Virus record (IMG/VR): IMGVR_UViG_3300005805_000064
Location: 21,268 to 85,267 of that record
Strand: one strand, 5' to 3'
Source: a virus
Taxonomy: Duplodnaviria; Caudoviricetes
Length of the DNA: 64,000 bases
Shown: piece by piece, positions 9,493 through 19,002 of the stretch
Layout: each line of letters opens with the position of its first letter
Numbering within the stretch: position 1 is the first letter of the stretch
Made by a program: the position numbers and the translations under genes
The notes under the pieces: model-generated
What the model was told of the DNA's origin: nothing
Databases searched by the model: none
The model's input: only the letters and a program-made list of their open reading frames with translations

Positions 9493-9594
9493 TCAATAAA
9501 TGAATGGGTCGCGCTTTTTTAATTCTTTCAATCGTTTTTTATAACGATATTCCATGATTATCTTATAATAAATTCGTTTTATAAAATTAAACAT
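9493..9594 (-). CDS. 33-aa basic microprotein MFNFIKRIYYKIIMEYRYKKRLKELKKRDPFIY (not in track)
   Basis: ATG at 9594 and TGA at 9493-9495. It fills the gap between the rSAM stop (9596) and the SGNH start (9486) almost exactly. Confidence 0.75.
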   Translation of the reverse strand: MFNFIKRIYYKIIMEYRYKKRLKELKKRDPFIY

Positions 9595-9595
9595 A

Positions 9596-10777
9596 TTATT
9601 CACCTTTTTTAATTAACTTCTCGTCTACAGTTTTTGTCACATACAACTTATCTATGGCTGAGATAGATCCACAAGTTTCTACGCAATACAATAGTCTTCC
9701 CTCTTCTACTGTTTTTGCTTTCCAACCATCTAGAAAGAAAGGACCAAAATAAGGACCCATCAATATTTCATATATAGAGTTTTTTCTCAGATCAAGTTTA
9801 TCTTTGCCCATCTCTTGCACTTTTTTATTGAACTGCCAACGACTATAGGTGCTACTAAATTGCCCGAACACTCCACCTAAGAAACAACATGGCAGCAAAT
9901 GTCCAGTAGCCGACACATATATTTCCTGTACATATTGATCTAATGATTTGCAGCGAATGCCGGAACTCTTTGCTAAATTTCTACTAAATTCAGTTAACTC
10001 AGGTACCGGTTCTACCATAGCATGTTTAAAATCAATCTTATAATCAGATGGAATATTAGACCTTTCACCTGTAAAGTTTACAGGATATATAGTATAATCA
10101 AAAGTTCCATCTCGTTTATATACATTCATTCCTTGCTGCTTTCCCTGATACTCACCGAACCCCATTGGTCTTTTCTCTGCAAAATGAAACCCTAATTTAG
10201 ACGCTAATTGTCTAGCCTCTTCTACCTGATGTTGATTATGTTCGAATACCAAGAATTCCCATATACCGAAAGCACCTGTTTTGGCATATGCTTCCATGTT
10301 CGCAAATAATCTATCCCACTTAACACCGCGTCTGTATATATGGTTTGTATCTTCTAAACCATCCACACTGAATACTACTGCCGGCTGATAAAATGCATGA
10401 CTTAAGTTTTTCTCTCTAGGAACACTAGCAAAAAATTTTCCTACTTCTGACCAATATTCTGGATTGCGCATACCGCCATTAGTTCGTACTTGTTGTGCGA
10501 TATATTTTTTACTGTTAGATTGAAAATATTCTAATATAGGTATTAAATCTAATGCCATACCTGGATCGCCGACATTACCGCAAAAGTTAATACCTATGAT
10601 ATTTTCTACGAACTTTTTAGGAAAGAAATTTTTTATATCATCTATAGTAAGTTCTGTGATTTCTAGATTAGGACTTACTGGACCTCCTGCAAGATTTCTG
10701 CTACATGCAGGACAACTAGCATTGCATCTTGATGTAAGTTCTATGTGAAGCCTACCTATATTATTAATATTATACAT
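9596..10777 (-). CDS. Radical SAM protein with C-terminal twitch/SPASM-like Cys module
   Basis: CNASCPAC near the N-terminus, CGNVGDP in place of GGEP, TNGG, FSVDG, and C-terminal C...IYVSATGHLLPCC...CVETC. Confidence 0.9.
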   Translation of the reverse strand: MYNINNIGRLHIELTSRCNASCPACSRNLAGGPVSPNLEITELTIDDIKNFFPKKFVENIIGINFCGNVGDPGMALDLIPILEYFQSNSKKYIAQQVRTNGGMRNPEYWSEVGKFFASVPREKNLSHAFYQPAVVFSVDGLEDTNHIYRRGVKWDRLFANMEAYAKTGAFGIWEFLVFEHNQHQVEEARQLASKLGFHFAEKRPMGFGEYQGKQQGMNVYKRDGTFDYTIYPVNFTGERSNIPSDYKIDFKHAMVEPVPELTEFSRNLAKSSGIRCKSLDQYVQEIYVSATGHLLPCCFLGGVFGQFSSTYSRWQFNKKVQEMGKDKLDLRKNSIYEILMGPYFGPFFLDGWKAKTVEEGRLLYCVETCGSISAIDKLYVTKTVDEKLIKKGE

Positions 10778-12026
10778 CAGTTTTTCCTATAATACTTTCC
10801 ATCATGTTGGCGACTTTTTTAAAACGATTTTTCCAATCATCTTTTCTTCTCACATCTAAATCATTTAAAAATTGATAAAGATTATATACCTGCTCTTTAT
10901 TCACTTCACTAGACTGCATCTTTGCTCGGATACCGTATACAGTATCCTGATATGATAACATATTGTTGTCTTTAATAACATCGATAAACTTGTCTAAATC
11001 TTCTAGAAATAAATCTCCGAAATGATAAACATCAAAGCAATTAGGAACCACAACCGTATTCCAATGAAAAGTGATATGCTTGATTTTTTTCCATTCTTTT
11101 ACTTTTTCGGCGAGCAGATAAAAACTAGGCATTGACAAGGCAGTGATAGTCGAATGTATTTGAACCTCAACACCCGCAGTATCTAGCATCGTCAGAATGT
11201 TCTTTTCAGCCCACTCCATATTCAATCCATATCTAACATATTCTAAATCAGGTCCCCAGCAGTCTATGCTGCATACTACCATCATACTTTTTATTTTCTT
11301 CTCATAAATTAATTTTCGCACCTTATCGATTTTTGATTTGAACTTACCGGGCTCATGATTTAAATTGCTAAAAATATGCCAGTTTAATTCTGGACAAGGA
11401 TGCTTGTCAAAAAAATCTAAGCACATGTCAAACTCTTCTTGATAGAAAGGTTCACCACCTAGCATTTTAAACATCACTAATTTACTACCATGTTCTGCCA
11501 TATATTCAAAAAATTTATCTCTATAGGTAGTGTAGTTTTTTCTATCATCGTTTAGCCATTCGCTATAATTTGTATTAAATTTGCTAGGACCATATTTTTT
11601 CACTTCATGTTCGATTTGACTGCTAAATGTAGGTCTACAATATACACAAGATTGGTTGCACAGATTACTGAAATATACTTCAAGTATTGTAGGGGTAACT
11701 TTGATCGCATTGGGATCTGTTTCTAATTCAGGCGGAAGGATAGTAGTGTCTTTGTTTGTAAATGCGGTTCTATCGCTTAACCCACCTGCCATTTCGATGT
11801 CTCTACAATATTCACACCCATTACCAGGCCATTCTCCTTTAAGCATCTTGGCTCTATCTAGCATCTTTCCGGGTAAATTATGAAAGTCTTTAATCGTGTC
11901 GGCATCAAATTTATAGTGTTTGCATCTGTGACAACTGGCTGTTGTACCGGTATTTAAATAGATTGAACTCCATGCCCACTTATACTGACATGCTGCATTG
12001 TTTTGTATAGGAAATATTTTACTCAT
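10770..12026 (-). CDS. Radical SAM protein with N-terminal twitch-like module (subfamily A)
   Basis: CQYKW...SCHRC and CEYC, then CNQSCVYC, LGGEPF and SIDCWG. Confidence 0.9.
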   Translation of the reverse strand: MSKIFPIQNNAACQYKWAWSSIYLNTGTTASCHRCKHYKFDADTIKDFHNLPGKMLDRAKMLKGEWPGNGCEYCRDIEMAGGLSDRTAFTNKDTTILPPELETDPNAIKVTPTILEVYFSNLCNQSCVYCRPTFSSQIEHEVKKYGPSKFNTNYSEWLNDDRKNYTTYRDKFFEYMAEHGSKLVMFKMLGGEPFYQEEFDMCLDFFDKHPCPELNWHIFSNLNHEPGKFKSKIDKVRKLIYEKKIKSMMVVCSIDCWGPDLEYVRYGLNMEWAEKNILTMLDTAGVEVQIHSTITALSMPSFYLLAEKVKEWKKIKHITFHWNTVVVPNCFDVYHFGDLFLEDLDKFIDVIKDNNMLSYQDTVYGIRAKMQSSEVNKEQVYNLYQFLNDLDVRRKDDWKNRFKKVANMMESIIGKTDV

Positions 12027-12778
12027 TTATATTTGTCCATGATAGGTCTGATGATATTTTGATAATACACTTCGTGTCCTTTTTCATTAGTATGATTGTC
12101 TACGCATTTATAAATGTTTTTGTTAGCCCAATCATTATTGGTCCCGCTGTAATCATAACTTTGAATATCTAGAAATTGGTGTTTGATTATGCCGGTATCG
12201 TTTTGCAAATGTTTTATGATATCTGGGTCATACCAATACATAGGCATGGAAAACTCAAAAGAAAATCCTCTAAGTTCACAGTATTGTTTGGCTGCTAGAA
12301 GAGACATCAATCCTATGTTTCTTCCTATCTCATCCTGATATAAATGCATTATATACATCTTTTTAGCCAAAAAATATTGCTCAAGGTGCGGATCCATCTT
12401 TCCCTGCCATGCGGGATCCCAATTATGCGACAATACCCATGAGTGCAGTTCTCCCCTATTTCCTGATGCTTCTAACCTATCAGGACTAGTACCTGCAAAA
12501 AGCACTAGTGTTTTTAATTTAGAATGATTGTCCTTTATTCCGAAATTCATTAAGTCGCGGAACATAGCCGGATTAGAATGCCCGCATCTAGCAAGATTTA
12601 TGACAGGTATGTTATATTCTTTACTTAGCAAACTTGCCCAGCAATATTCACTCGGAAAATTATCAGGAGTTCGTTGTCCTACTACCTGCTTAGTGTCAGG
12701 ATCGATATAAAAAACACGATCTTGGCATCCATGACCATATGTATAACTATCTCCAAAAACTACAATACGCTCTATCAT
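12023..12778 (-). CDS. SGNH hydrolase-like protein
   Basis: VVFGDSYTYGHG, NLARCGHSN and C-terminal DNHTNEKGH. Confidence 0.7.
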   Translation of the reverse strand: MIERIVVFGDSYTYGHGCQDRVFYIDPDTKQVVGQRTPDNFPSEYCWASLLSKEYNIPVINLARCGHSNPAMFRDLMNFGIKDNHSKLKTLVLFAGTSPDRLEASGNRGELHSWVLSHNWDPAWQGKMDPHLEQYFLAKKMYIMHLYQDEIGRNIGLMSLLAAKQYCELRGFSFEFSMPMYWYDPDIIKHLQNDTGIIKHQFLDIQSYDYSGTNNDWANKNIYKCVDNHTNEKGHEVYYQNIIRPIMDKYK

Positions 12779-12779
12779 T

Positions 12780-14033
12780 TTATTTCAAACCTATATATTT
12801 TGCTAAATTATCGGGCTTATTTCTGCGTACAGTATATTGCTCAAAAAAGATATCGCTATCTCTGCGCATCTCGGCTTGATTTTCTCTGATAAACCCTTCA
12901 TCTAAGAACTTGATCAATCTATTGCAATGTTCAAATTCTACGGGCAATAAATCATCTTTGATGCTATCATAGAATTTCTGATATTTATTGATGTAAAAAT
13001 CACGCTCTTGTCTAGTCAAACAAGCGAATCCTTGAAACTCGGGCTTGTCTACCATATTGATAGAGATATATGGTTTGATCTTGGTGCGGCTTCTGATATC
13101 TATGATATCTCTGTACATCTGATCTAGGCTCTGTAATGCTATGGCGCTGACTGTAGTGCTGATGCTAAACTCTTTGACTGTGCTATTACCCAGTCGTTCT
13201 ATATTAGTCAACCATTCACTATAAACCATTCCCTCTCGTATGAATTCAGCCGTTTCACCTGCACTTTCATTACTGATATTCATGCGCAGGTTATTCAAGC
13301 CTTTTATCTTATCAAAGAACCTATCCATGACTACTGGCTTCTGACATAGGTTACTATGTATGACAGTTTCTATGTTAGGATTAACCCTTGTCATCATAGC
13401 GAACAACTTGAATACTTCTTCATGCATCAATGGCTCACCGCCGCTGACACGAATGCTTTCAAGACCTTCCATGACTGTCTCAAACCAACTCCAAAATAGT
13501 TCCATATGTGGAGGCTTGATCATCTCTTCTAGTTCAGCCATATCTTTCTGATAGTGCCTGCGATCATCAGTCTTGATATCAGTATACACACCGTTGACTC
13601 GTATATCATTGATCCAACTTGTGCTAAATTGCGGGCTGCAATAACTACATGCTAGATTACATGTGTTGTTAAACGCTAACTCTAACGCTTTTGGTTTGAA
13701 TATGTAATTTGGATTCTTGTAATCTTCTGCTGTGAGATGATCCTTGAAACTGAGGCTCTTGCGTGTTCTATCGCTAGTCAATCCCAAATTCTCATATCGC
13801 CAGCAACTATCACATGCAGGAGGCTGCTCTCCTGCTAACATGCGCTTTTGTTGCTCACGCTTCTCTGCTGGATTATAGAATGTGTCTACTGTATCACCGA
13901 CTTGGAGGAAGGGAGTATAATGGCAACTAGCGATCTTGCCGCTATAGACCCATATACTTGCTTCATGGAACTTTGCTAGACAAAATGTAGGGCTAGTCTC
14001 ATTCCTAATTTTTATTAACTTATTCAGTTCCAT
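12780..14033 (-). CDS. Radical SAM protein with N-terminal twitch-like module (subfamily A)
   Basis: CLAKF...SCHY and CDSCW, then CNLACSYC and SGGEPL. Confidence 0.9.
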   Translation of the reverse strand: MELNKLIKIRNETSPTFCLAKFHEASIWVYSGKIASCHYTPFLQVGDTVDTFYNPAEKREQQKRMLAGEQPPACDSCWRYENLGLTSDRTRKSLSFKDHLTAEDYKNPNYIFKPKALELAFNNTCNLACSYCSPQFSTSWINDIRVNGVYTDIKTDDRRHYQKDMAELEEMIKPPHMELFWSWFETVMEGLESIRVSGGEPLMHEEVFKLFAMMTRVNPNIETVIHSNLCQKPVVMDRFFDKIKGLNNLRMNISNESAGETAEFIREGMVYSEWLTNIERLGNSTVKEFSISTTVSAIALQSLDQMYRDIIDIRSRTKIKPYISINMVDKPEFQGFACLTRQERDFYINKYQKFYDSIKDDLLPVEFEHCNRLIKFLDEGFIRENQAEMRRDSDIFFEQYTVRRNKPDNLAKYIGLK

Positions 14034-15343
14034 CAGTAGTCAAACTCATCATTTAAATTATTCTTAGTCATGTAATCTTGCATGTTTTTATGCTCAGGGA
14101 AAACAGCAAAGAAGTTTTCTTTTCTAATACTATCTAGTTTTCTGGTAATCCTACTAAAGAACTTCAGACTTTCATGTAAATTTGGTTCTCTGTTGACATC
14201 GCTGTACATAAAATTAATAGCATTTTCATATCTACTTATTGCGCTGGAATGTACGCTGTATCTTTTCAACCATTCGATGTGACTTAAAAACAGTAATTCT
14301 ATCTCACGCTTTTTCCATTCCGGAATGTTTTTCAAGCAGTAATAAGGAGGGGTATCTAATGGGTTGATCATAATATTGTCATGACCTATTAATCCCAATT
14401 CTACCCATTCTTTATGAAAGTCTACGAGGTTGTGGGAGTTCGGCCAACTCAATGTATACGATATATTAAATTGAACATGCGGCACTAATGCTAGCATGGA
14501 CAGTCTATTACTGACCACCGTAGGCCAATCAGTGCCGCTACGCCAGTACTCTCCCCTGCTATGGCTTCCATCAAGGCTAGCGTTGACACTGACATTTTTA
14601 AATTTTTTCCAATATTCGATAACATTATCATAATTCTTTAACTTCAACAAACTAAAGTTAGTGTTATATCTAATCTCAATGTCTGTATTACCTATCTCAA
14701 TCAACTTGTTCAATACTTCATAATGTTCTTTTTGCATCAGTGGTTCACCACCTGCAAAATATATGATCTCAGCCGTGCTTAGATGGGGTATTATTTCTTC
14801 TAATGCTTGTACTTCAGTCGAACCTGGATATTGAAAACCATCATCAATTTCTAGTTTTTCAGTTCGATTATATAACTTTCTGTGGTCGCTGACCCAACTA
14901 GTGCTGTAATGAGGGGCGCAGCTGCGGCACTTCAAGTTGCAAAGGTTGTTGAACCGTACATCAATATAATATAGTTTATGTTCATCTACGGTGCCGTCGC
15001 TCTTAGTGCTAGCCACTATCTCTTGTATAGCAGGATTCTCTTCAAAAAATCTTTTATTGTAAGAATTATAAAAAGCGTCCCCTAATTCAGCGCGGTTATT
15101 ACAAATACTACAGTTAGGATGTTGTTCACCTTTTAAAAATTGTAATCTCAAAGTTTTAGTATTCTCGTTATTCCATATCTCTTTCAATGTGTTTTGTTTT
15201 AGACTACCTAGTTCTGCTTTCCAATCGTATACACAACAAGGTTTTACATCTCCCGGCGGACCTACATATTGATGAACCCATGGAAATATACAAAAAGTTT
15301 TGCTGGATTTTGCCATTTCTAAAGGATTAAAATTATTTTCCAT
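14033..15343 (-). CDS. Radical SAM protein with N-terminal twitch-like module (subfamily B)
   Basis: CIFPW...GDVKPCC and CSIC, then CNLKCRSC, AGGEPL, YNTN and SLDG. Confidence 0.9.
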   Translation of the reverse strand: MENNFNPLEMAKSSKTFCIFPWVHQYVGPPGDVKPCCVYDWKAELGSLKQNTLKEIWNNENTKTLRLQFLKGEQHPNCSICNNRAELGDAFYNSYNKRFFEENPAIQEIVASTKSDGTVDEHKLYYIDVRFNNLCNLKCRSCAPHYSTSWVSDHRKLYNRTEKLEIDDGFQYPGSTEVQALEEIIPHLSTAEIIYFAGGEPLMQKEHYEVLNKLIEIGNTDIEIRYNTNFSLLKLKNYDNVIEYWKKFKNVSVNASLDGSHSRGEYWRSGTDWPTVVSNRLSMLALVPHVQFNISYTLSWPNSHNLVDFHKEWVELGLIGHDNIMINPLDTPPYYCLKNIPEWKKREIELLFLSHIEWLKRYSVHSSAISRYENAINFMYSDVNREPNLHESLKFFSRITRKLDSIRKENFFAVFPEHKNMQDYMTKNNLNDEFDY

Positions 15344-16628
15344 ACTTTATTAAATCCACATATAATTCGGGAAATATCTGCATGAAACTTTCATTTCTCA
15401 ATAGATCAAGTTGCGTTGTCTTTTCAAAAAATCTAGGTATCATATGACTTTCATCTGCACTGTTCATCAAAGTAATCGCACTTTGCCAATGTTCCATATA
15501 TACCGGATAATCAAAATTTCTAGGTTGTGTCTTTTCAAGCCATTCGATGTGATTTTTAATCTTTTCTGTAACTCGTTTTTTAGTCTCTGATGGTAATACG
15601 GTAGTTCTTATATACTCAGGAAAATGCAACACATTAAGATTAAATCCAAATGTATCTCCTGTATGCTTTTTAAATAAATCATTCTCGCAAATATATCTAT
15701 GTAGGTCTATAGCAGCCTCACAGTTTAACAAACTATATACCGCACTGATGCCAAAATCTATGGTAGGTATGTATTCTTTACAAGTCTTTATCCAATCTAA
15801 TGCTAATTGCCAATCAAATCCTTTTCTAATATATTCACCTTTAGCACCCATAGCGTCTATGCTACCTATTATAAAAACATTTTCAAAATGTTTTAGTAGT
15901 TCAAACGCATTATAGTTTTTTAACTTGTATGTGCTTAGGTTAGTATTATATCTGATTTTTACTTTTGTTTGCCCCATCTCTATCAAAAGTTTTAAGAATT
16001 CATAATGCTCTTCTTGCATCATAGGTTCTCCACCACTGAAATGTATTTCAGTGTATGGATCTACCATGCCTACTAAATTAACTAAATCATCTTTCATATG
16101 TGCGATTTGATCATTGGTGATCAATGTAGGCACTGGATTTCCTAATTTAATCGCATCAGCCGCCCAACTAGTGCTAAGTCCTGGACCACAACTACGACAC
16201 TTAAAATTACAAAGATTGTTAAAGATTAGGTCTATCGTGGCTAATTTTATGTCACCTACACTACCGTCTGGTAAAGTAGTACTATGTATATCTTCAAATT
16301 TATTATGGTATTTTTGATTTGTATAGTCAGGCCAGTGCTGATACCTTTCATTAAACCGTTGACGCATACTAACTATACCGCTATCCTCTTCTTTCCAACA
16401 ACGAAAACATGCGCTAGGTCTTTTACCTTCTAAAAATTGTTTTCTAAGATCATTCCATTTTTCGTTATGAAAAATATTTTTAAGTTTATCTTCTTTCCAA
16501 TTACCTAATTTATGAGGAGTCTGATGGCTATAATAGCAACAAGGCATCACTTTACCATCTGGTTCAGTGTGTATCTGCAACCACGGCACACTACAAAAAT
16601 TTTTAGGATATTGATTATCTTGATTCAT
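15333..16628 (-). CDS. Radical SAM protein with N-terminal twitch-like module (subfamily B)
   Basis: CSVPW...DGKVMPCC and CFRCW, then CNFKCRSC, SGGEPM and SIDA. Confidence 0.9.
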   Translation of the reverse strand: MNQDNQYPKNFCSVPWLQIHTEPDGKVMPCCYYSHQTPHKLGNWKEDKLKNIFHNEKWNDLRKQFLEGKRPSACFRCWKEEDSGIVSMRQRFNERYQHWPDYTNQKYHNKFEDIHSTTLPDGSVGDIKLATIDLIFNNLCNFKCRSCGPGLSTSWAADAIKLGNPVPTLITNDQIAHMKDDLVNLVGMVDPYTEIHFSGGEPMMQEEHYEFLKLLIEMGQTKVKIRYNTNLSTYKLKNYNAFELLKHFENVFIIGSIDAMGAKGEYIRKGFDWQLALDWIKTCKEYIPTIDFGISAVYSLLNCEAAIDLHRYICENDLFKKHTGDTFGFNLNVLHFPEYIRTTVLPSETKKRVTEKIKNHIEWLEKTQPRNFDYPVYMEHWQSAITLMNSADESHMIPRFFEKTTQLDLLRNESFMQIFPELYVDLIKYGK

Positions 16629-17722
16629 ATTAATTTTATAATCTCGGTCAATACTTTTTCATGATTAGTATTTCTAGTTTGATCTATAGCAGTAAATAAT
16701 TTCTGTGCGAGGGGAAACAATTCGGACTTATCTTCTCCGGTCATTAACTGCGTCTTGAATTTGTCTTGTATCTCTAAAAATTTAGGATCATTAGTAGGCA
16801 ATATATTATCAAACACTCGCTTTAAAATGATTTGCTTACTCTTCAACGGAATTACATCTACGCTTTGTTCTTCTGGATAAACTAATTTATTCATATGTAC
16901 GCTGTCTAGATTTGGATATGAAGTATATATCCAGTTATACCAATCTGCAAACCACAATGCATTCATCCATGTAAGAGCATATTGAAAGTTAATCTTAAAT
17001 CTATGATCTTGTAGTTGGTAGTAGCGGTCTATATTATCCTTGACTTCTGCCCATTTACCATTAGATCGGATGTATTCAAATATATCATCCGTGCCGTCTA
17101 TACTGAATCCTAATCCAACAAATCTAAATATCCTCGAATACTCTTGCAATTTAGGTTTATACATAGTACCATTAGTAAGCATTGAAATCGCAGTAGTACT
17201 AGCATAAGGTTGTTCAGATAACCAATCTAAAAATTCAAATATCAAAGGATTGATTAGTGGTTCCCCACCTAATATATTAATATTAATATATGGATAAGTG
17301 TTTTGTTTCAGTGCTGTTTTTATAAATTCTAATTTACTAGGTCCCTGTTCACTTATAATTCTGTATAATTTTTGAGAGTTTTTACTTTCATTAGCGATTT
17401 GAGTGCTATATCTAGGACTACAGTAAGTACATCTTAAATTACATAGATTATCAAAAGATACAGTTATTCTTAGTTCGTCATCTCGTATAGTGTCTTCTGC
17501 TTCTTTTCTTTGGCTGAATGGATTACCATTTTTTTCAAGATCGATGCAGTACTTGCAATTTGTTTCAATATCCATTTTAGATAATTGATCATAATATTCG
17601 TCTACAGTAGTAGCATCAATATTAGTTTTAAAATAGCAACAGGGGCGGTAGGGCTTTTCATCATTGCTAATGAAAAGCCACTGCTTGTGTGCCTTGCAAT
17701 TTTTATATGGGGTTAAATCCAT
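16625..17722 (-). CDS. Radical SAM protein with short N-terminal Cys module (subfamily B-like)
   Basis: CKAH...RPCC and CKYC, then CNLRCTYC, LGGEPL, TNGT and SIDG. Confidence 0.9.
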   Translation of the reverse strand: MDLTPYKNCKAHKQWLFISNDEKPYRPCCYFKTNIDATTVDEYYDQLSKMDIETNCKYCIDLEKNGNPFSQRKEAEDTIRDDELRITVSFDNLCNLRCTYCSPRYSTQIANESKNSQKLYRIISEQGPSKLEFIKTALKQNTYPYININILGGEPLINPLIFEFLDWLSEQPYASTTAISMLTNGTMYKPKLQEYSRIFRFVGLGFSIDGTDDIFEYIRSNGKWAEVKDNIDRYYQLQDHRFKINFQYALTWMNALWFADWYNWIYTSYPNLDSVHMNKLVYPEEQSVDVIPLKSKQIILKRVFDNILPTNDPKFLEIQDKFKTQLMTGEDKSELFPLAQKLFTAIDQTRNTNHEKVLTEIIKLI

Positions 17723-19002
17723 CCATTAAGTTCCTTGAATACTTCACTAAAATTTCGTTCTCTACGCTTATCGTATTCTGTTGTGAATTTTCTAAACTGG
17801 TCTGTGCGCCAATCTCTTTCTACATCATTCATAGTAGTCTTGCGAGCCTTCCAGAAATCATAGACCATAGCCCATGTCTCTTTTTCTACGCTCTTGATGA
17901 GACTATCATTTTCTTTCATGAAGTTATTTGTATCTTCAAAATAACTATCGGCACTATCAGGTAATATGCGCAAATCAAACTGCTTAGGATCGACTAGCCG
18001 TGCGCAGTTGAACATGATGTCGATACCATCTTTTCTAAACTCAATGACCTTCTTGATGAATGTCTTAAAGTTGAACACACTCAACAATCCAAATGTGACC
18101 ATGATTCTGATAGGTACATGGAATGTAGTGCTGACTTTGCGAACAGTATCTTCCCACTGTGCTACATCAAGCCCGTCGCGGATATACTCTGCTTGTGGAC
18201 CCCATGTATCCATGCTAGTATATACTTCAAGACCTTTGATAGTCTTAGCATTCAACAATGTCGTTGCCTTCTCAAAGAACATCTTTAAGTTCTTTTCAGG
18301 TACACACAAGTTAGTGTTGATCACTAGTGTTAAGTTAGGGTTATGGTTCTGTGCTACGAAATCAAGCAACTTCATGAAGTTGCGTGTGGCAAGTGGTTCG
18401 CCACCTGTGATTCTAAGATAGCGCAAATCTTTATACGCATCAGGTAACCACTTCCAGAATGCATCGATATAAGGGTTATCATCTTCTGGTAGCATGTCGT
18501 GCATCTTGTCTTTATGCACAGTCGGGTCTTCGATAGGATAACTACCGAACTTGCGTACTTCATGCTCCCATCGTGAACTCTGTCCCGGGCTGCAATAACT
18601 GCAAGCAAAGTTACAAGTGTTTGCGAAACTGATCTCTAAGTAACTAGGATTGATAGGCTTGTCATATGGCGCGTTGAGTATCTCTGCTCTGCGCTCAATA
18701 GCCCATGGTTCGTTGGTGAATCGTTTTCTATCGCTGATGACATCAGGATTGATCGCTTCCATGTCAAAGCAATAATAACATTCTTTTGGCTTCTCGCCGT
18801 TCAACATCTGTCTACGCTGTTCGATCTTATGACCAGTGTTGTGTAGTGCTGAAGGATCTTTGTCAGTCTCTTCACGCTTCCAACGATGTATGGGTGGGTG
18901 ATAGCAACTATGGTTCTCACCCATGCCAAAATGCATAGTGACCATTAGCCACTTTGCTGCACAAAAACTATCTTTAATCTTGATTGGAATCTCTACACTC
19001 AT
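17713..19002 (-). CDS. Radical SAM protein with N-terminal twitch-like module (subfamily A)
   Basis: CAAKW...SCYHPP and CYYC, then CNFACSYC and TGGEPL. Confidence 0.9.
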   Translation of the reverse strand: MSVEIPIKIKDSFCAAKWLMVTMHFGMGENHSCYHPPIHRWKREETDKDPSALHNTGHKIEQRRQMLNGEKPKECYYCFDMEAINPDVISDRKRFTNEPWAIERRAEILNAPYDKPINPSYLEISFANTCNFACSYCSPGQSSRWEHEVRKFGSYPIEDPTVHKDKMHDMLPEDDNPYIDAFWKWLPDAYKDLRYLRITGGEPLATRNFMKLLDFVAQNHNPNLTLVINTNLCVPEKNLKMFFEKATTLLNAKTIKGLEVYTSMDTWGPQAEYIRDGLDVAQWEDTVRKVSTTFHVPIRIMVTFGLLSVFNFKTFIKKVIEFRKDGIDIMFNCARLVDPKQFDLRILPDSADSYFEDTNNFMKENDSLIKSVEKETWAMVYDFWKARKTTMNDVERDWRTDQFRKFTTEYDKRRERNFSEVFKELNGWI

